DNA of 59,736 bases, counting the filler, from Platydemus manokwari (taxonomy: Eukaryota), in the NCBI GenBank assembly GCA_037951405.1. It is 6 parts of 6 records of this genome, joined end to end, with 100 filler letters (N's around TTAATTAATTAA, not from the genome) between each part and the next. Parts side by side here need not be neighbours in the genome. Positions count along the whole stretch, not along the records: positions 39,152 to 48,363 come from JBBMOY011282651.1; positions 48,464 to 59,736 come from JBBMOY010802203.1; 4 more parts are not named here. One strand, given 5' to 3'. The translations under genes were made by a program, and so were the position numbers. Each line of letters opens with the position of its first letter. The first letter of the stretch is position 1. Below are positions 39,152 to 53,697 of the stretch, piece after piece. The notes under the pieces were generated by a model, which saw only the letters and a list, made by a program, of their open reading frames with translations, searched no databases and was not told where the DNA came from.

Positions 39152-42100
39152 AATGTGAGATACTCGTGAGTACTTTATTTTCTTTGAAAATTCATTAATG
39201 TCTCGTATAAAAATAAAGGTTAGTTTCCAATAATTTTCCAGAAACTTAATAAAGTCAAACTACATGCCGTTGCACTCATTTAATTCTTCTGTGTCAAATA
39301 CTTTATGAATGTGTTGAGTTTTTAGATGGACTAAATTCGGGAAGTGTTCACTTACTAAATAATAAATAAATATAACAACAGAATGATTAACAGTCTTACT
39401 AAAATTAATAAAAGGCAACAAGAGATAAAAATAAATTACATTTAATTGAAATGCGCATTGATTTTATAATTCAATAGATAAAATTCAATACTGTAGTTAA
39501 GAGTTTCTATATTTTCAGATGAAAAATTCGGTGCTTTGTACGAATGATATCGTGTACCCTTTCTACAAATAGAAAGGAAAGATGTGCTATTTTAAGGTTC
39601 CTATTGATTTTACAAATAGGATACAAATCTATCAAAGTAAACTTGTTCCCCACAAGATAAACTACGAACGCCACTTATATATATCAGGAAAATATGCTTC
39701 GAAGTAATTGATAGGTTATACAATCTGTTGGGTGTAGTAACAAATAACTAGGATGTTATTTAAGTAATAAATTGATTGATTATTCTGATTTCCATTGTTT
39801 TATATAAATGATTAAGGGTGACTCCTATGCATTTGATCTTAAAGATCTTGTGTCCCGTTGAAGGCGTTATGGATAGTTGGGATTAAATTTCGACCAACCA
39901 CTATATGAGAGTTAGTTTACGATTGAGTTTAGAGATTAATTAATATTTGGTTGGACTTGGTTCAAACGAAATAAATTTCTAAACTTTGAAAAATGAGTAG
40001 GCATGATTGTAATTATTGATGTCAATTCATTTTCAAAACATGAATTAATAAATAAAGAAATAGATTAAATGATTTCTGTTAATTCTCACGAATTTTTAGG
40101 CAGTTGGAAAGAGTTTGTAATTTTCAATCGATTATCTTGGTGAAGAAACAAATTTCTTGTTCTTCTCCATCATTTATACCCATTATTTATATTAACACAC
40201 AATTTCTACCTCTTAATTATAATGAAATTATAATAATTATAATAATTGAAGTATTTTATTATAGTACAGGTCTCATTGAAAAAAATTAATATTATAACAC
40301 TTAAATTTATTGTACTATATATGTTTAATTATGGATCAGTTTCTACATTTATTATCGATCAGGAACAAAAAACTACACAAAAGATCGATAAGAATTACGA
40401 TAATACCAAGATGTCAGATAGATATAGCGCAAATTATTATCATATAATTATACGTGTAAGTTGTTTTCCTGATATGACACTCATCGAAATCGATGATCCA
40501 TTTCTCCATTGCTTCGGCCGTGAGATCCTAGTAAAATCCCAGGCCCCAATCATCAAATCAATGAATTTCGAAAACAATCAACCAGATTGACGAATAACTA
40601 TTTCTGAAAACTTTGAATAAGTTCTTATAATTATTTTTCTCTTCCTCTATGTGCCAATTTTTTAGTGAAATTTAATAACAATTAGGCCAGCTTATATAAT
40701 GAGGGTATTTCCCCCCTGTTTTGTTTTGTATTGCTTTTGTTGCCATTTGCCCTGTGGTATTTTTGAAATCGATGTATTTGTTATATCTCTTACTAATTCT
40801 TTTTATTTTTGTGCTTTATTGAACTTACCAAACCAAGCCCAATTGATTTTATGAAGCTAAGAACTTTGAATTATTTCGAAAAATGTTCATATTAAAATTT
40901 ATAGAAAAATTTAATTTTTATTTATTATCATTTACAATATCCAGTATCGATGATATCTTACTTATGAAATTTGTAGTATTGATTTATGTAATGAGAACTA
41001 CATTAGCTAGACATGAAATATAAAATTGCAAAATTAAAAAATCGAACTTTCAATTAAATTTTAAAATAAATATTTTCAAAATGAAAAATGAAAAATAGTG
41101 GAATTTAAATGAAAAATTTGTTCGACATAATTGTATCTGTATGAATCTATTATTATACTCTATGGTGGAATGATAATAATCCGATGTAATACATTGTAAT
41201 GGAATTACATTGGTAACTTTCGAGTAGATGAAGTATATCAAAAGATAACACTGTCAAACATTTACAGCCTCAATGCATATAAACGCAAGCAAACCACAAG
41301 GAAAGATAAAACAACAGGTGTGTCAATCAATAATGGATTCTTAAATCCTGACGCACATAAAAACTCAAACACATTGCAATAAACCTTTTTGGTAGTTTTT
41401 ATTTAATCTTTCTAATTTATTATTGCCATTTTTATTTTCTGATCTATTTTTAGATTCTTCTTCAATTTTTTGTGTTTATTATTATTTCTATCAAAGGTGG
41501 GGTCTAATACCTAGCAAATCTAATGAAAATCAGATGACTAAAATTAACAAATTATACACTATATAAGAGTTATTGAAGAACTATTGTTTTAATTGTTTTT
41601 TTTTTACTAATTTTGCAACCTATTTTATTAATTATTGGTTTTATACAATCTTAACTAGATTTAAATGATATTACTTTAAACCCATTTGCCAAAAATTACT
41701 AGCAATTTATTTCATTTACTGTCAGTTTGCTTAATATCGATAAAATAATTAAATTTCGGTTTAAAATGTTTTCATGTTACTTTATAAAGTTCGGAAAATT
41801 TTGATTGGATGGATAAACAAAAATGTTACGCAATTTACAAGTTACGAGGAAAGGATTTTGTATTCTAGTTCCAGTAATTGTATTGTAATTGGTGATCAAA
41901 ACCAATCGTATTTATAGACCAATCTAAATAGTATTTTATTATGGTTTTTGGTGTTTCAATGATTTTTATCAGTATTAAAATGTCCTTAATTAGTAAATTT
42001 GATAAACATCAGCATGTTGACAGGAGTCGACAACGTGATTTTAACCCAATTCCACTGTATTAATAATTGGGCTTTCAAAAAACTTTTATTGTGATTGATG

Positions 42101-42734
42101 ATCTTTAATGAAGTAGAGTGGCATACTTTTTATGAAACAATAAAATAAAGTGAAAAATAATTTAGAACAATTTATACCTAAAAACATTTATTATTATTAT
42201 TTTTCATTATTCGAAAATAAGAAAGGAATTCAAAGTAGTTTTGTTTGTTGTAACTTCATTAAAATTAATCTTGAAGTCAACAATTTAAATTATTAAATAA
42301 GTTTATAACAGTAAAAGGCTCAAGTTAAAATAGTTCTTTGACCTACTTTCGTAATGATGAATTTTCCGGGCCTGAGGTAAATTTATAACTTAGTTTTATT
42401 TATAGTTATGATATTTGATTTATTAGTATAACTCAGTTAATACCTCACTTTTTAGGATCTCTAATAGGGACATAACATAGGTTTAAATCAAGCTTCTATT
42501 CTAATCACAACACTTCTATATGATTTTTTGATTTTCTAAATTTAAATTTATTTAATTATAAATAAAATTAGGAAACTCATGACATGTTTAATAGTCTAGT
42601 ATTACTTGTTTTTATCAAATAATTGTAAAAATTTATAGTATGCCTCGATTTGTTTTTAATTTAAAAAAATGAATCCTTGCTAATTTTCAATAAATTGCAA
42701 TTTGACCTAATTTGATCCCTTTTCCAAATAATCG

Positions 42735-42930
42735 AATTATAGGAAACTTTGAAGCTCTGGTGTATTTACTATTTTATTTCAAACAACTAAAATTCTTCTT
42801 AAGTACTTAAATAAAAAATTCAAAATGGTTTTAAAGAATATAATTAAATAAACTATATAGATTTTGCAATACACTCGACATATTAAAAATTTGATTTTAT
42901 GACCCATTTTCTTAAATTTAGCTATCAAGT
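42735..42930 (-). repeat. Interspersed repeat, copy 1 of 3 (possible Transib/CMC-type non-autonomous element)
   Basis: Reverse complement aligns to 50310-50500 and 53790-53990 (shared core GTTTATTTAATTATATTCTTTAAAA...TTTTAGTTGYTTGAAAT). Confidence 0.75.
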
Positions 42931-43899
42931 GTTCATATTGGAAAATTCTTGCTGAACTTAGCTTGTTCATTGACTCTAATCTATTTTAATCTTCCTATTC
43001 CTATTTTCGATGGAACTTATAGGAGTAATGAGTAAATTCAAGAACATTACCGATGTTCTCGATGATCAGAAAATTGGCATAATTGATAATAAATTAGAGA
43101 TTAGTAAAATAAATTTTACAGAAAACTAAACAATGTTGTTGAGATTGATATTATTACCTTCGAACCCAATGAATTATACTAATAGCAACAATAATAATAA
43201 ATTCAATTTCTCACAGAAATTTTCATTCATATTAATTTATTTAATCACCTCGGATAAAAGCGAAATAATAATAAAACCAAAACCATTAATAAAAATTGAT
43301 AATAATCACTGGATATCTTATCTATGGTCTACCAATCATCAATTCTAATGCCATTTATTTCAAGGAACGATTTACGATAAATGATCATAAAATTTTTTGC
43401 CTCTCAGTTGTCAGTAAAATTTAAGATGTGTCGCATTGAAAATTCCGAATTATTATTCTTCACGTTTTGACACACACACGACTTGTAATGGTTTGAACGG
43501 TATAATTAAAATCCATTTTATGATTTGAACACCAAGTATCCATTCGCTTGTTTCATAAAAGGCGATAAACACAATAGATTATTTGCCTCTCATCAATACA
43601 ACTCAGAAAGAGATATCTCTAGCTGGCAGAATTTTTATTTAGATCGCAGCGTTTAAATTTTCATTTTTTTCATGGACAATAAACGTAAATAATTTATTTT
43701 CTAATCGGATTTTGATAATAAAAACCGAGATTGATGAAACATTTATTGATCGATTGTATGCCATGGGCAGATAAAATTAAATTTTTTTTTCGAATTTATC
43801 AATATTTAAAAATCTTGATGTACACAATAAAAGATATGCTGATGTTAATGTATTGATAACAAGCCTCCTTAAATACGAGTTTAAACGAATCGCACAAAT

Positions 43900-44700
43900 A
43901 ATAAAACTTTTTACCTAATTTGGGCTTATTAAATTCGGATTTTTATTATGCCTCCATTATACAATATCGTGATACAATAAGTTTATAACACAGTAACCTA
44001 ACAAGACACAAGCACTCCACAATCCGTTTAAATAAATTCCTCGAGCAATTGATATTAATGGAAACTATAAATGAGGGTCCAACAGCCTCTTCAATTATAT
44101 CAGCTTTACGCTAAGCAATTCGCACAAGCTAATACTCATACAGCTGTACCCAGTCCACACTATATTGGATTAATTCTTATATTGATTCTGACTCTGTTTT
44201 TCACCTCTATTTATCATGGATTAAATTTGGTTTCCAGTTAACCATAATTCTTGAGTTGCATTTATCATTTATAATTTTGATTATTTTAAGGAGGCACTAT
44301 TCGAAACCCATGTTTTATTGGTGATACTTGGATGGGAGGTGAGACTTATTAAATGCTCAGAAAATGCAGTTCTAAATTATATCGAAGTTCGATATTTCCA
44401 GCCACTTCGACACAGTTTTACATCAGATTAAGTAGTTTTTCATCCATCGTCAAACTCATCATTTTGTTTCAGAGATTGGGTTGGATAAGCGTTGGATTGT
44501 CGTTATAATTTTTATATTTTCACTAGGCTTTCCAATATCCCAAGCCCGTGATTGAGGTAATTATTTTTATTATTTTATTTTTGATCGGTCAAGACCTTGG
44601 ATATATTTCAAGTGTTTTTTGACCTTACCGCTATTGTTTTATTGTCTGATCTCTTTTTTTCGGTATTTGTCAATCAAATTGTTGACTTCTTTCTTGAAAT
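43900..44700 (-). mobile_element. Possible highly degraded RLE-type (R2/NeSL-group) non-LTR retrotransposon
   Basis: HGLGIL (cf. GGLGI thumb motif) at about 44530-44550, then LGYC...WRHNK (cf. CCHC zinc knuckle followed by RHN) at about 43945-44000, in the expected order. Confidence 0.35.
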
Positions 44701-47185
44701 GCACGACAAGATTGAGTTTTAATATCCACGAATTTCACTACAATTACTTAATATTAGCCTATTTTTATTATTTCAGAGATTTCCACTTCTTACATCAATA
44801 ATCCTAACAATTCTATTGTCTTCACTAAATCTTTGTCTTTTCAGTATTTTATCTTTTATAATTATCCCGTAATTAGCTTGCACTTTAAAATCAAGTTTAC
44901 TTGTACGACTTTAATTAGTAACTATTTCCTTTTCTTTCTTTAGTATTTACTTATTCATCTATACTCCTCCTGTTTTACCGGGGACTTGTTAAACTATTAG
45001 GAAGATGAAAAATAGGGACTTGCATGCACACCTTCCTTCTTTTGTATTTTCATCAGATACTCTTGACACAGTTTAATTATCACCCAATTTTGCTCGCATG
45101 TATAATCACACGTATTTTTATCTTAAACGCTTGGATACAACGAGAGGAAGTGACCACCCTCTTGATATTTGTAATGCGTATGAATAAATTTCAATAAAAA
45201 AACAAAATATGTGATCGAGGGCAACGAGAGTTGGTTTAATTTATAGCTAAAAATTCAGAACATTAGGAGTAGTAACGAGACATGTAAAATAAAAGATATC
45301 TTTGTGAACTCGGGCTAAGATTTTACAAGTGTACATACATATATAGTGGAACTCTCTTGCTTATAAAAGAAATTTCTCATCTTTGTCAAAAGCAATTGAA
45401 AAGGCAATAAAGAGGGTCTACCACATAGGGTCATCGCATCTCAGTCACGGCAAGGCATACCAAGTCGACATAAAATTAATAATTTTAGAGTTGAATTTTG
45501 ATAGACAATTCTTCGGAAAATTTTTTATGGAGAAGATTGTTTGTGAAAACCAGTCCAGATGAAAAACTCTTTCCAGAATTTCATTTATATCAATAGTTAC
45601 TTTAAACGATAACAATTATTGAATGAATTTTGTGCTTGTATTGAAATAAACTCCTAAAACCAACTAGTATGAGTGCTTATTTTCGAGATGAATGAGATGT
45701 ATAATAATATAGTGAGGCTCTTGTAATTTGGCCGACATCTATATTTCCATCTTGTTCCTCATTGACATTACCTTCAACCATTTATGAATTATGGATCATT
45801 TATGGAGTTGATTTCGAAATTGTAAGTCATTTTCTGATAGAATATTTAGAAAACCAAATAAGTAAGAAGTGGGTTGGATTTGGCAGGGTTATTCGAAAAC
45901 AATGTCTGCATTCAATTCAAAGTGTGAGTAGCTCATTGTGAGTAGACTTAATGAAAGTGATTTATAGCATTTAAGTCAATGCTCCCCGTCAAAACTGTTT
46001 ATTCCATTACATTAAACTTACCGTAATATTCAGTGGTTACTAAGAGACAGTTCATAGACACCAAGTGAGTAATTTTATTTCTGAACTGCAAGCGATAAAA
46101 GTTTTATAAATGCTGTGTATATATTAGCACAAAGAAGTGAACATTTATGTGGACTGCTTTAGTTTCCATTTTTTTAAATATTAAAGTACTGATTGACAAT
46201 TATTTAGATTGCTTCAGTTATATTTATTCAATGTTTTTTGCTGACACGAAACTTTGCACAGGTTATAATTCAATTATAAAAATCGATTATCAATAAAGCC
46301 ACCAATTTCAAACATCAAATGAACATCAGTGCGCACTAAATTATCAATAAAAAATTCTTAAATCTGATTTATTTCTATTAATGCCACTTCCGTCGTAATT
46401 TAAATCGAACATTGAAATTAGGCTAAAATTCGCATAGCATTTCGGGATATTCATTTAGAGTCAATAAAATCGTCTTCATTACAGGGTTCTTATTTGATCA
46501 AAGAGGGATAATTTTTATCAATGTAAACAAACCGTAATTCTCCGAGGTCACATAAAACATATTAATTATGTTTGGGAAATAAATCTTGTCATGATTTATC
46601 ATTTGAAAGAGATATATCATTTTCTTGGCATAAGACAACACCAAAATTCAATGTTCTCTCATAAAAATTTTCTCTTAATTCTTCAATGATAAACTTATGT
46701 TGTACTTTTATATAGCTTATTATTTAGTTACTTCCATTCAGGTGAGTTACAAAAATAAGCCTATTTCACATTATCTCAGAAAAATGTACTAAATCTGCAA
46801 ATATCTTTTCTTAGTATTTATACAACAAAAGTGAAATGAGAGAGACTGGCTTTAATATCATTTCATTAATTACAATAACTACTTTTAAAATTTTCTCTCT
46901 CTCCATATATATATGTGTGTGTGTACTTATGTGTTCGTAGTTTTATAGAGGATATATTTTAAAATATACTCTTAATCGTATAAGCTTATGTATGCATTGA
47001 TTGTACCATTTGTAGTTTTCTGTGTCAAATAAGCAACAACAAATTTATTTAATTATCTGTAATTTTTCAGTAAATGCCTAATAATAGTGAACCAATAAAT
47101 AAGCAGCAATGATTCAGCAAAGGAAAAAAAAATTATTGAAGTAGCTCTTCAATCAGGAAATGCATGCCAAGCCACTCGATAAAAC

Positions 47186-47616
47186 TGTGATTCGACCGTG
47201 CAATTACAGCTAACCGTTAGGTTAAATGTTAATTTTGCACAAAGTGGGAGAATTGACTCATCAATGATTATAAGAATATCAAACAATAAATTCCAAGGAA
47301 TTAATAATTAACTATGAAGAATAAAAGCTTGACCACTCACGAGATACAATTAGAGGAAAAGATCAGTTGTATCTCAAACTTTGGTTCCTAATTAAAGAAG
47401 TAATAATAGTTGGTCATAAAGAAGCCGTTAGTGTCAGAAAATTAAAGGTTTATAAAACTGAGACTGATTATGGGAATATAGGACCACCGTTAGCACAGAT
47501 ATTTATTGCACATGTGACCTTAAAATAAACTCACTGACACTGATAATGAAGACAATAAGATAAAATAATATAATTAAAGAAATAATAATAATAACCAATA
47601 AGGCCCAAACTTAACA
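47186..47616 (+). mobile_element. Candidate solo LTR
   Basis: TG...TATAAAA (47451)...AATAAA (47524)...GGCCCAAACTTAACA. The 3' terminus is shared with the 9703 and 6155 copies; left boundary uncertain. Confidence 0.45.
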
Positions 47617-47625
47617 CACACAAAT

Positions 47626-47631
47626 CCTCTT

Positions 47632-47691
<60 letters not shown>
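47626..47691. repeat. Compound (CT)n(CA)n(TA)n microsatellite
   Basis: Directly visible in the sequence. Confidence 0.95.
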
Positions 47692-48363
47692 TCAATATAT
47701 TGTTGTGTTAGTGAATAAGCATCATCAATCATTCTATAAAATAGGTTTTGTCATTAATTAGTTTTCAGAGATAATCCATAGTCTTTGATAGATTATTATA
47801 ATTCTTTCTTGTTTTGGCCATTTACCAAATTCATACTTTACCAATTAGATAAAATGCTCAGCAAGTAACTTAGAGATAATATCCATAGAAATAAATAGCA
47901 AAAAGTTACTTGCGATTTTGTATTTTAAAACTATCATTAAAAAATAAAAACTTGTAAAAATACGTTTGAGTAATAGTTAAGTAAAATGTATTGAAATATC
48001 TAGAAAAAATTAATTTTTTAGTGAAATCATTCTTATAAACTAGGAAAAGTAAACAGCTGGTTTTACAAACTATTAAATAACTTCTGAAACCAATAAAACT
48101 TTTTTTAAAAACCGTATAGATATGTTGTGCAGGTGAATCAAATAGGTCGTTACCTTGGTTAAGTTTGAAGTGGAACCAAATCCAGAATTTCGTTGAAGTG
48201 AAAACCACTGAAGTGGTTAGCTGGAAGCCGTCAGGCCCGCCCGTTCGGTAAATACAATCGTCACACTTCAGCTAAGCGGTTACTTCATTTCTGATTCATT
48301 GTGCTCTCGGCCATTTCACGCATGACCTGGCGGATAAGTGGAGGATTGAGAGTATACCTGACA

Positions 48364-48463
48364 NNNNNNNNNNNNNNNNNNNNNNNNNNNNNNNNNNNNN
48401 NNNNNNNTTAATTAATTAANNNNNNNNNNNNNNNNNNNNNNNNNNNNNNNNNNNNNNNNNNNN
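48364..48463. other. Artificial contig-joining spacer
   Basis: 44 N + TTAATTAATTAA + 44 N. Confidence 0.97.
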
Positions 48464-50309
48464 GATCCGTAAACACGAGCGTCATAGTTGGGTCACAAAT
48501 GTATGGGTCGTGAATCACTCAGAACGGGGCATATGAATACATGTTGGACAGCGAGGACAACGATTATTTGAATGTTGAATATAATAACGACAATAATATT
48601 GGTACGGTTGTTATTGTGATGAATGAAATTAGTGATATTTCTTCATTCTAAACACATCAAAGATTTTAGTATTTCAAAATCGTCGGTTCATGACATTATC
48701 AAAATGTAATTGAGTTCCAAAACTATCACTTCTCTTTGCTTCAAGAGATTTATGAGGATAAGTATAATTGACGCGACCGAGGTTCTGTGAAGATTTTATG
48801 ACTTTCATACAACAAAATTATTCTATGAGTTGAACTCGAATTCTATCTTAATGGATAAGTCAACTATCATAACTCTGATTATTACAAAAACCAAAATTGT
48901 CTCTATAAGAAATCCATGAATCCATGAAGTGACACTGTTTGTAGCGGTCATTTCAGCGCAAGGAGTTACTGTGCCTATTTCTTCAAAGAAATTGTCGACG
49001 AGGATAATTATCTTTGCATGCTTCAAAACGTTGAGTGTCGCAATCCAAATTGTAGCCTCACGGAATTTCTGTCTATCAGTCACCAGTTATTTGAAACATA
49101 AATTTCGAAGCCGCTGAATTAGTCACCGAGAAAATATGATTTCTTTCTTTGAGGTCATGTAAAAGAAACAGTGTTTCGTCCTCCTGTTGTGTTTATCTTC
49201 ATTAAATTTCGTCAATTAATTCTTCTCTTCGATTTCAAAATTTTCCCTTGATTTGTACTGATGACATTTGTTTATTAATCTTCGTATTTCTGTGAAAAAT
49301 CATCTGAAATAGATTTTATATTTATTTCTTCAGAATTTTAAATCTAAAATAATTGAAAGAGAAATAATATATAATAATAGAAAAGATAATATTAAATAAT
49401 AAAGGTGTAAAATAAAAAAACCAAAAAAGAATAAATATCGGTTTTTCATGGCATTCCTGTTATTTTGGAAAGAGCAAAATTATTCAATATCAAAAAATAT
49501 ACTCACGAAAACATGCGAATAACAAATTGGAACAGAACATTTTCTCTCCATTACATTCGAATTTTTATCCTTAGATACCGTGTGTGATTACTTGTTATTT
49601 GAATATATTCTAGTCATTACAAATAGGTAGGGATATTTAAACCGTTTGGAGCCTTGAAAAGTGAATTTTTAATTAATTTCGTAAAATTATACAGAAAGTT
49701 GTAGGTAATTAAATTGGACATTTTATGCATGCCCAATAACCAATGAAGAAAATGTTTGATTTCCACTACAATTTCAAAACTATTGAAATCATCAATGAAT
49801 TTTTGAAGGGTGTGTATGACCACTAAATACTTGGGATTAGAACCTTTACAACATCCAGATCTTTTTGATGTAATTTGAGGTGATACGAATTGGAATCTTG
49901 TTCATTTGTTAGCCATAATTTTAATTCATATTGACAATTTATTAAATAATTGTTTCTCTTATGTCAGAATCAACAGTATTTTTAACGAGTATTTCTATCC
50001 ATTCTTTTTACATAGTTCTCCCAATATTATTGGCTTCATAGATTTCTTATTAATTCGTTGCCTACAATATTAAGCAAGAATAACATTATTTAACACGATA
50101 ACTTTTTTGGGCATCTTTAATTTTTTCGGCTAGCAAATATTGTTTAATCTGTTTCAAATACGAGTTTGAATACGACATCAATGATGCCTCCCTCTATTAT
50201 GTATGCTACTATTATAATTAAAAAATTAAATAGCTTGACTTTACGATATCAAGAAATTAATAAAAGCCATTTCCAAACTGATGTTTTTGCTAATTTGTAC
50301 TAAAGTCAA

Positions 50310-50500
50310 GAAAGGAGGTCTTAAAATAAAATTTTAAATTTGTTGAATGTATTGCAAACATCTATAAAGTTTATTTAATTATATTCTTTAAAAACATTTT
50401 GAAGTTTTTACTTAAGTTCTTACCTCTTTTAGTTGCTTGAAATCAAATATTAAGCACATTAAAACTCCAAAACCTCGTAAAATTTGTTTTTTTGAAAAAT
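50310..50500 (+). repeat. Interspersed repeat, copy 2 of 3
   Basis: Aligns to 53790-53990 and to the reverse complement of 42735-42930. Confidence 0.75.
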
Positions 50501-51499
50501 GGATCAAAGTAGGTCTAATTTAAATTTATTGAAAATTAGCATAGACACCTTTTTTAAGCATTAGAAGCAAATTGAGAGATATAATCAATTTTTACAATTA
50601 TTTTATAAAAATAAGCAATGGTATTATTAAAAATTTCTGTAATTAACTAGCTCGATCTATAATTATAAAAATTTAAATTTAAAAACTCAAATAATCATTT
50701 AGAATGGGAATTTGGTTTTAAAACTATGTTTTGTCTCTATTTAACATCCTAAAAAATGAGATATTAACTAATTATATGAATAAATCAAACATCGCAATTA
50801 TATATAAAATTAAGTTATAAAATTATCTCGTGCGCGAAAATTCATTATAACGAAAGTAGGTCAAAAAACCCCTTTTCTTAACTCAAGCTTGATTTTTTAA
50901 TATATATCCAAAACAAAACAATTAAAGTTGTGGTACTCGTTGAACACTAGATTTTAGGATATTTAAACATTAACTCATCGTGAATTATCATATTGATTTT
51001 TACTATTTTTATGGTTTGAAAAAAAGTCTATGAACAATAATTTTATTTCCTGTATTTACTAGAGGGTTTCAAGAGAAATAAGAAATCAAAGCAGAGAAAT
51101 TATTTGTTTATTCATTTTTATTCTGATAATCGAAATCTTATTGAGGATAATTATCGATTAGATCAATCTCAATTTTGAAAAATAATTAACAATTTTCGAA
51201 AGTTAGATTGAAAATCAATAACCTGAATTACAAGTAATCGAATATCTTATTTATTATTTTGAATGAAATCACGGATATCGATTATCATACCGATTCTTGT
51301 GGATAACGTCTTGACAGTGACAAGCATTTTATTGAGACAAATTCCCAAAATTCCATATGATAAGAGAAGATTCGTATTAGAATTTTATTTGTTTTTCTTT
51401 TCAATAAATTTATTGTCAAATATTGATTACAAAAATAAAAATAAAAAAAGAATTGATTTTATTATTATTAATCTATGTTTAGTAAGGACCGGTCTTCTT

Positions 51500-52700
51500 T
51501 CCTCTATCATGGTAAATGTCAAAACGTAATTTCATCGTCTTTGGATATAATTTAACATCGTTGGAACTCTGTTCATCAATACTCGTCGTTCCGATAATTA
51601 ATTAATTTCTCTCGCATTCGATTTATTTAAGCATCTTGTAACAGCTTTCATCTCTTTCCACTTTTGATCAACTGAAATGTGCCTATAATTGATTTCATAA
51701 AATATTACCATTATATGAAATACAATAATTTTTTGTTAATTTTTCTTTTTATTATGGATATCATCAATGTGCTGATATGGTTATTGAAGCTTAACACTCA
51801 GAGGTATAATTGTAAAATAACAGCTCGTGCAAATTTAATGAGATAGTCAACACAGAGCACTCAAAGTCGAAAATCAAAATTACTCAGAAAAACAAACGTT
51901 CCAAAAATCAAATACCAATAGGCAATGGAACTTGCACCCAAAGATAAAAACAACAACGGAAACTACCGACCACGAAAGACAGGCTTGTCGTGTGTGTTGA
52001 ACGAGTCTTGCATCTTTATTTTCATGCAGTAGAATTGTCTGAAGATTTTTTCTCTTTCCCATGCCATTTGTGTATCTCGATATTCATTACCTTCCATTGG
52101 TGCGCGATAATTTGACGATAGAACTTTATTTAAGGATTGCTATCAAAAAGGCATCTGATCCTCTCTGTGTGTATCAATCCTTTCGTAATTGTTTCCATTG
52201 GATTCTATAAGTATTTTGATTGTTCTGTCACATACTCTACGATTTTAACTGTGAAAGATAAGGTGATATTAAAACTAGAATACATTTACAAACGTCAATT
52301 AAAGTGGGTGGACACGGTTGGAAGTCAAATTTATAAATAATTTGGTAGAAGATTCGAGACAATTTATGAGAGAACCAATGTAATTGTGGATTCTGTCAGA
52401 AACTGATGAGTAGAAAAACTATGAATCTGGCATTTCAGAGTACTACCTGTTGGAATCTCAGTGGAATTTTCAGTCAATAAACAAGCCCGTTTTAACTTTG
52501 CATTCATTATTATAGTCATATCAGCTGTGTTATCAATCAATAATTCTAGATGTACCATCCTTCTTAATTTATTATTTTATGACCAAATATTTACAATCTC
52601 ACAACACAGACCTCACATTTGTTGACAATTTTCGCAGGTGGATGTAGATCAATGATGGTGCTGTTAAATGACAATGAATGATTGATATAAATAAATTCTA
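51500..52700 (-). mobile_element. Degraded Ty3/gypsy gag-pol remnant
   Basis: In order on the minus strand: C..C...GH knuckle-like; LELLIDNTADMTII (cf. retropepsin LIDTGAxxTII); WSVVSVVV...KFHCLLVFDFWNV (cf. RT WxSPVVVV...RLCVDFRxLN); HIDDI. Heavily disrupted. Confidence 0.45.
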
Positions 52701-53697
52701 ATATTAACCATAATAATGCATTCGTTAATTTTTGCATTGATAATTATTTGCAAGAAACGAGATTTTCTCATTGAAATTTTATCCCCAACAAAATTTATCC
52801 CAAAACTGAAAATTGAGATCTGCCCGGTTTTTTAGGAAATCAATACAAGAAGTGTATTTGATGACAATATTAAAACAAACTATCGTTATTTAATTTGATT
52901 ATATATTATTATTATTATTTCAGAATTACAAATTAAAACTTTTAATTCCTTTCCAAAAATTTATAGCTTCATATTTGGTTTCTTATGCTATCTAGTCCAG
53001 AGGGTTTTTGTGAAAATAAAATATCCATCGGGCTCGATTAATAATCTTTTCCGTGTATAATTACGTTCTAAAATTGTCTTTTCTTTAGTTATTTTATCTT
53101 TCTTCATCATTTGTCGAGATTTTAAAATGTCCATGTTATAGTTATGTAAGTGGAAACCTTTTTATCGACTCCTATCGCGCACTATCATTAAAAAGAACTG
53201 CTATTGTTAATATTAAAAAGTTTTACATGGATTATTCTATTAACCATTAAATATGCCATATTAAAATCGCTTTGTATTTTAATAATACAAATTTCCACAA
53301 GCATTTGTTGTATCTATTTCTCCTCCCTAAGTTTCCTCCTCACATTATTAACCTATTAAATTTATAAATCGATATGAAAAATACTTGAACATAAATTCCA
53401 TTAATTAAAACCCCAATAATGTATTAATAAATGAACACAATGATAAACGAATATAAACAATAAAATAGTTTAAGTATTCCTTATTTTGATTTCCCCATCA
53501 ATCAGAAATTATTTTTCTCGTTTCTCTAGCAACACTAATGATTTAATGCAGATTCATTCGTGTAATATGAAGAAATATCTCAGTAGCCTCGCTTTTTTAC
53601 AGTGGAAACAAACATAACAAAATGTTATATGTTTTCCATCTGAATGTATAAATATATATATAATTATATTTGTAAAAAAATTAATTTAAAATCTATA

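Noticed and set aside
41780-42080. Possible CR1/L2 reverse-transcriptase remnant (LIGWIN...)
   Set aside because: Diagnostic QG and ADD motifs are not recoverable; too degraded to call.
48464-50200. Coding-like stretches (ORFs 48823..49083, 48929..49117, 49617..49823)
   Set aside because: Probably decayed TE sequence, but no family motif could be supported by eye.
52403-52427. Hammerhead-like CTGATGA-GTAG-loop-CTAT-GAA
   Set aside because: GAAT instead of GAAA, no convincing stems I and III, and it lies antisense to a protease remnant.
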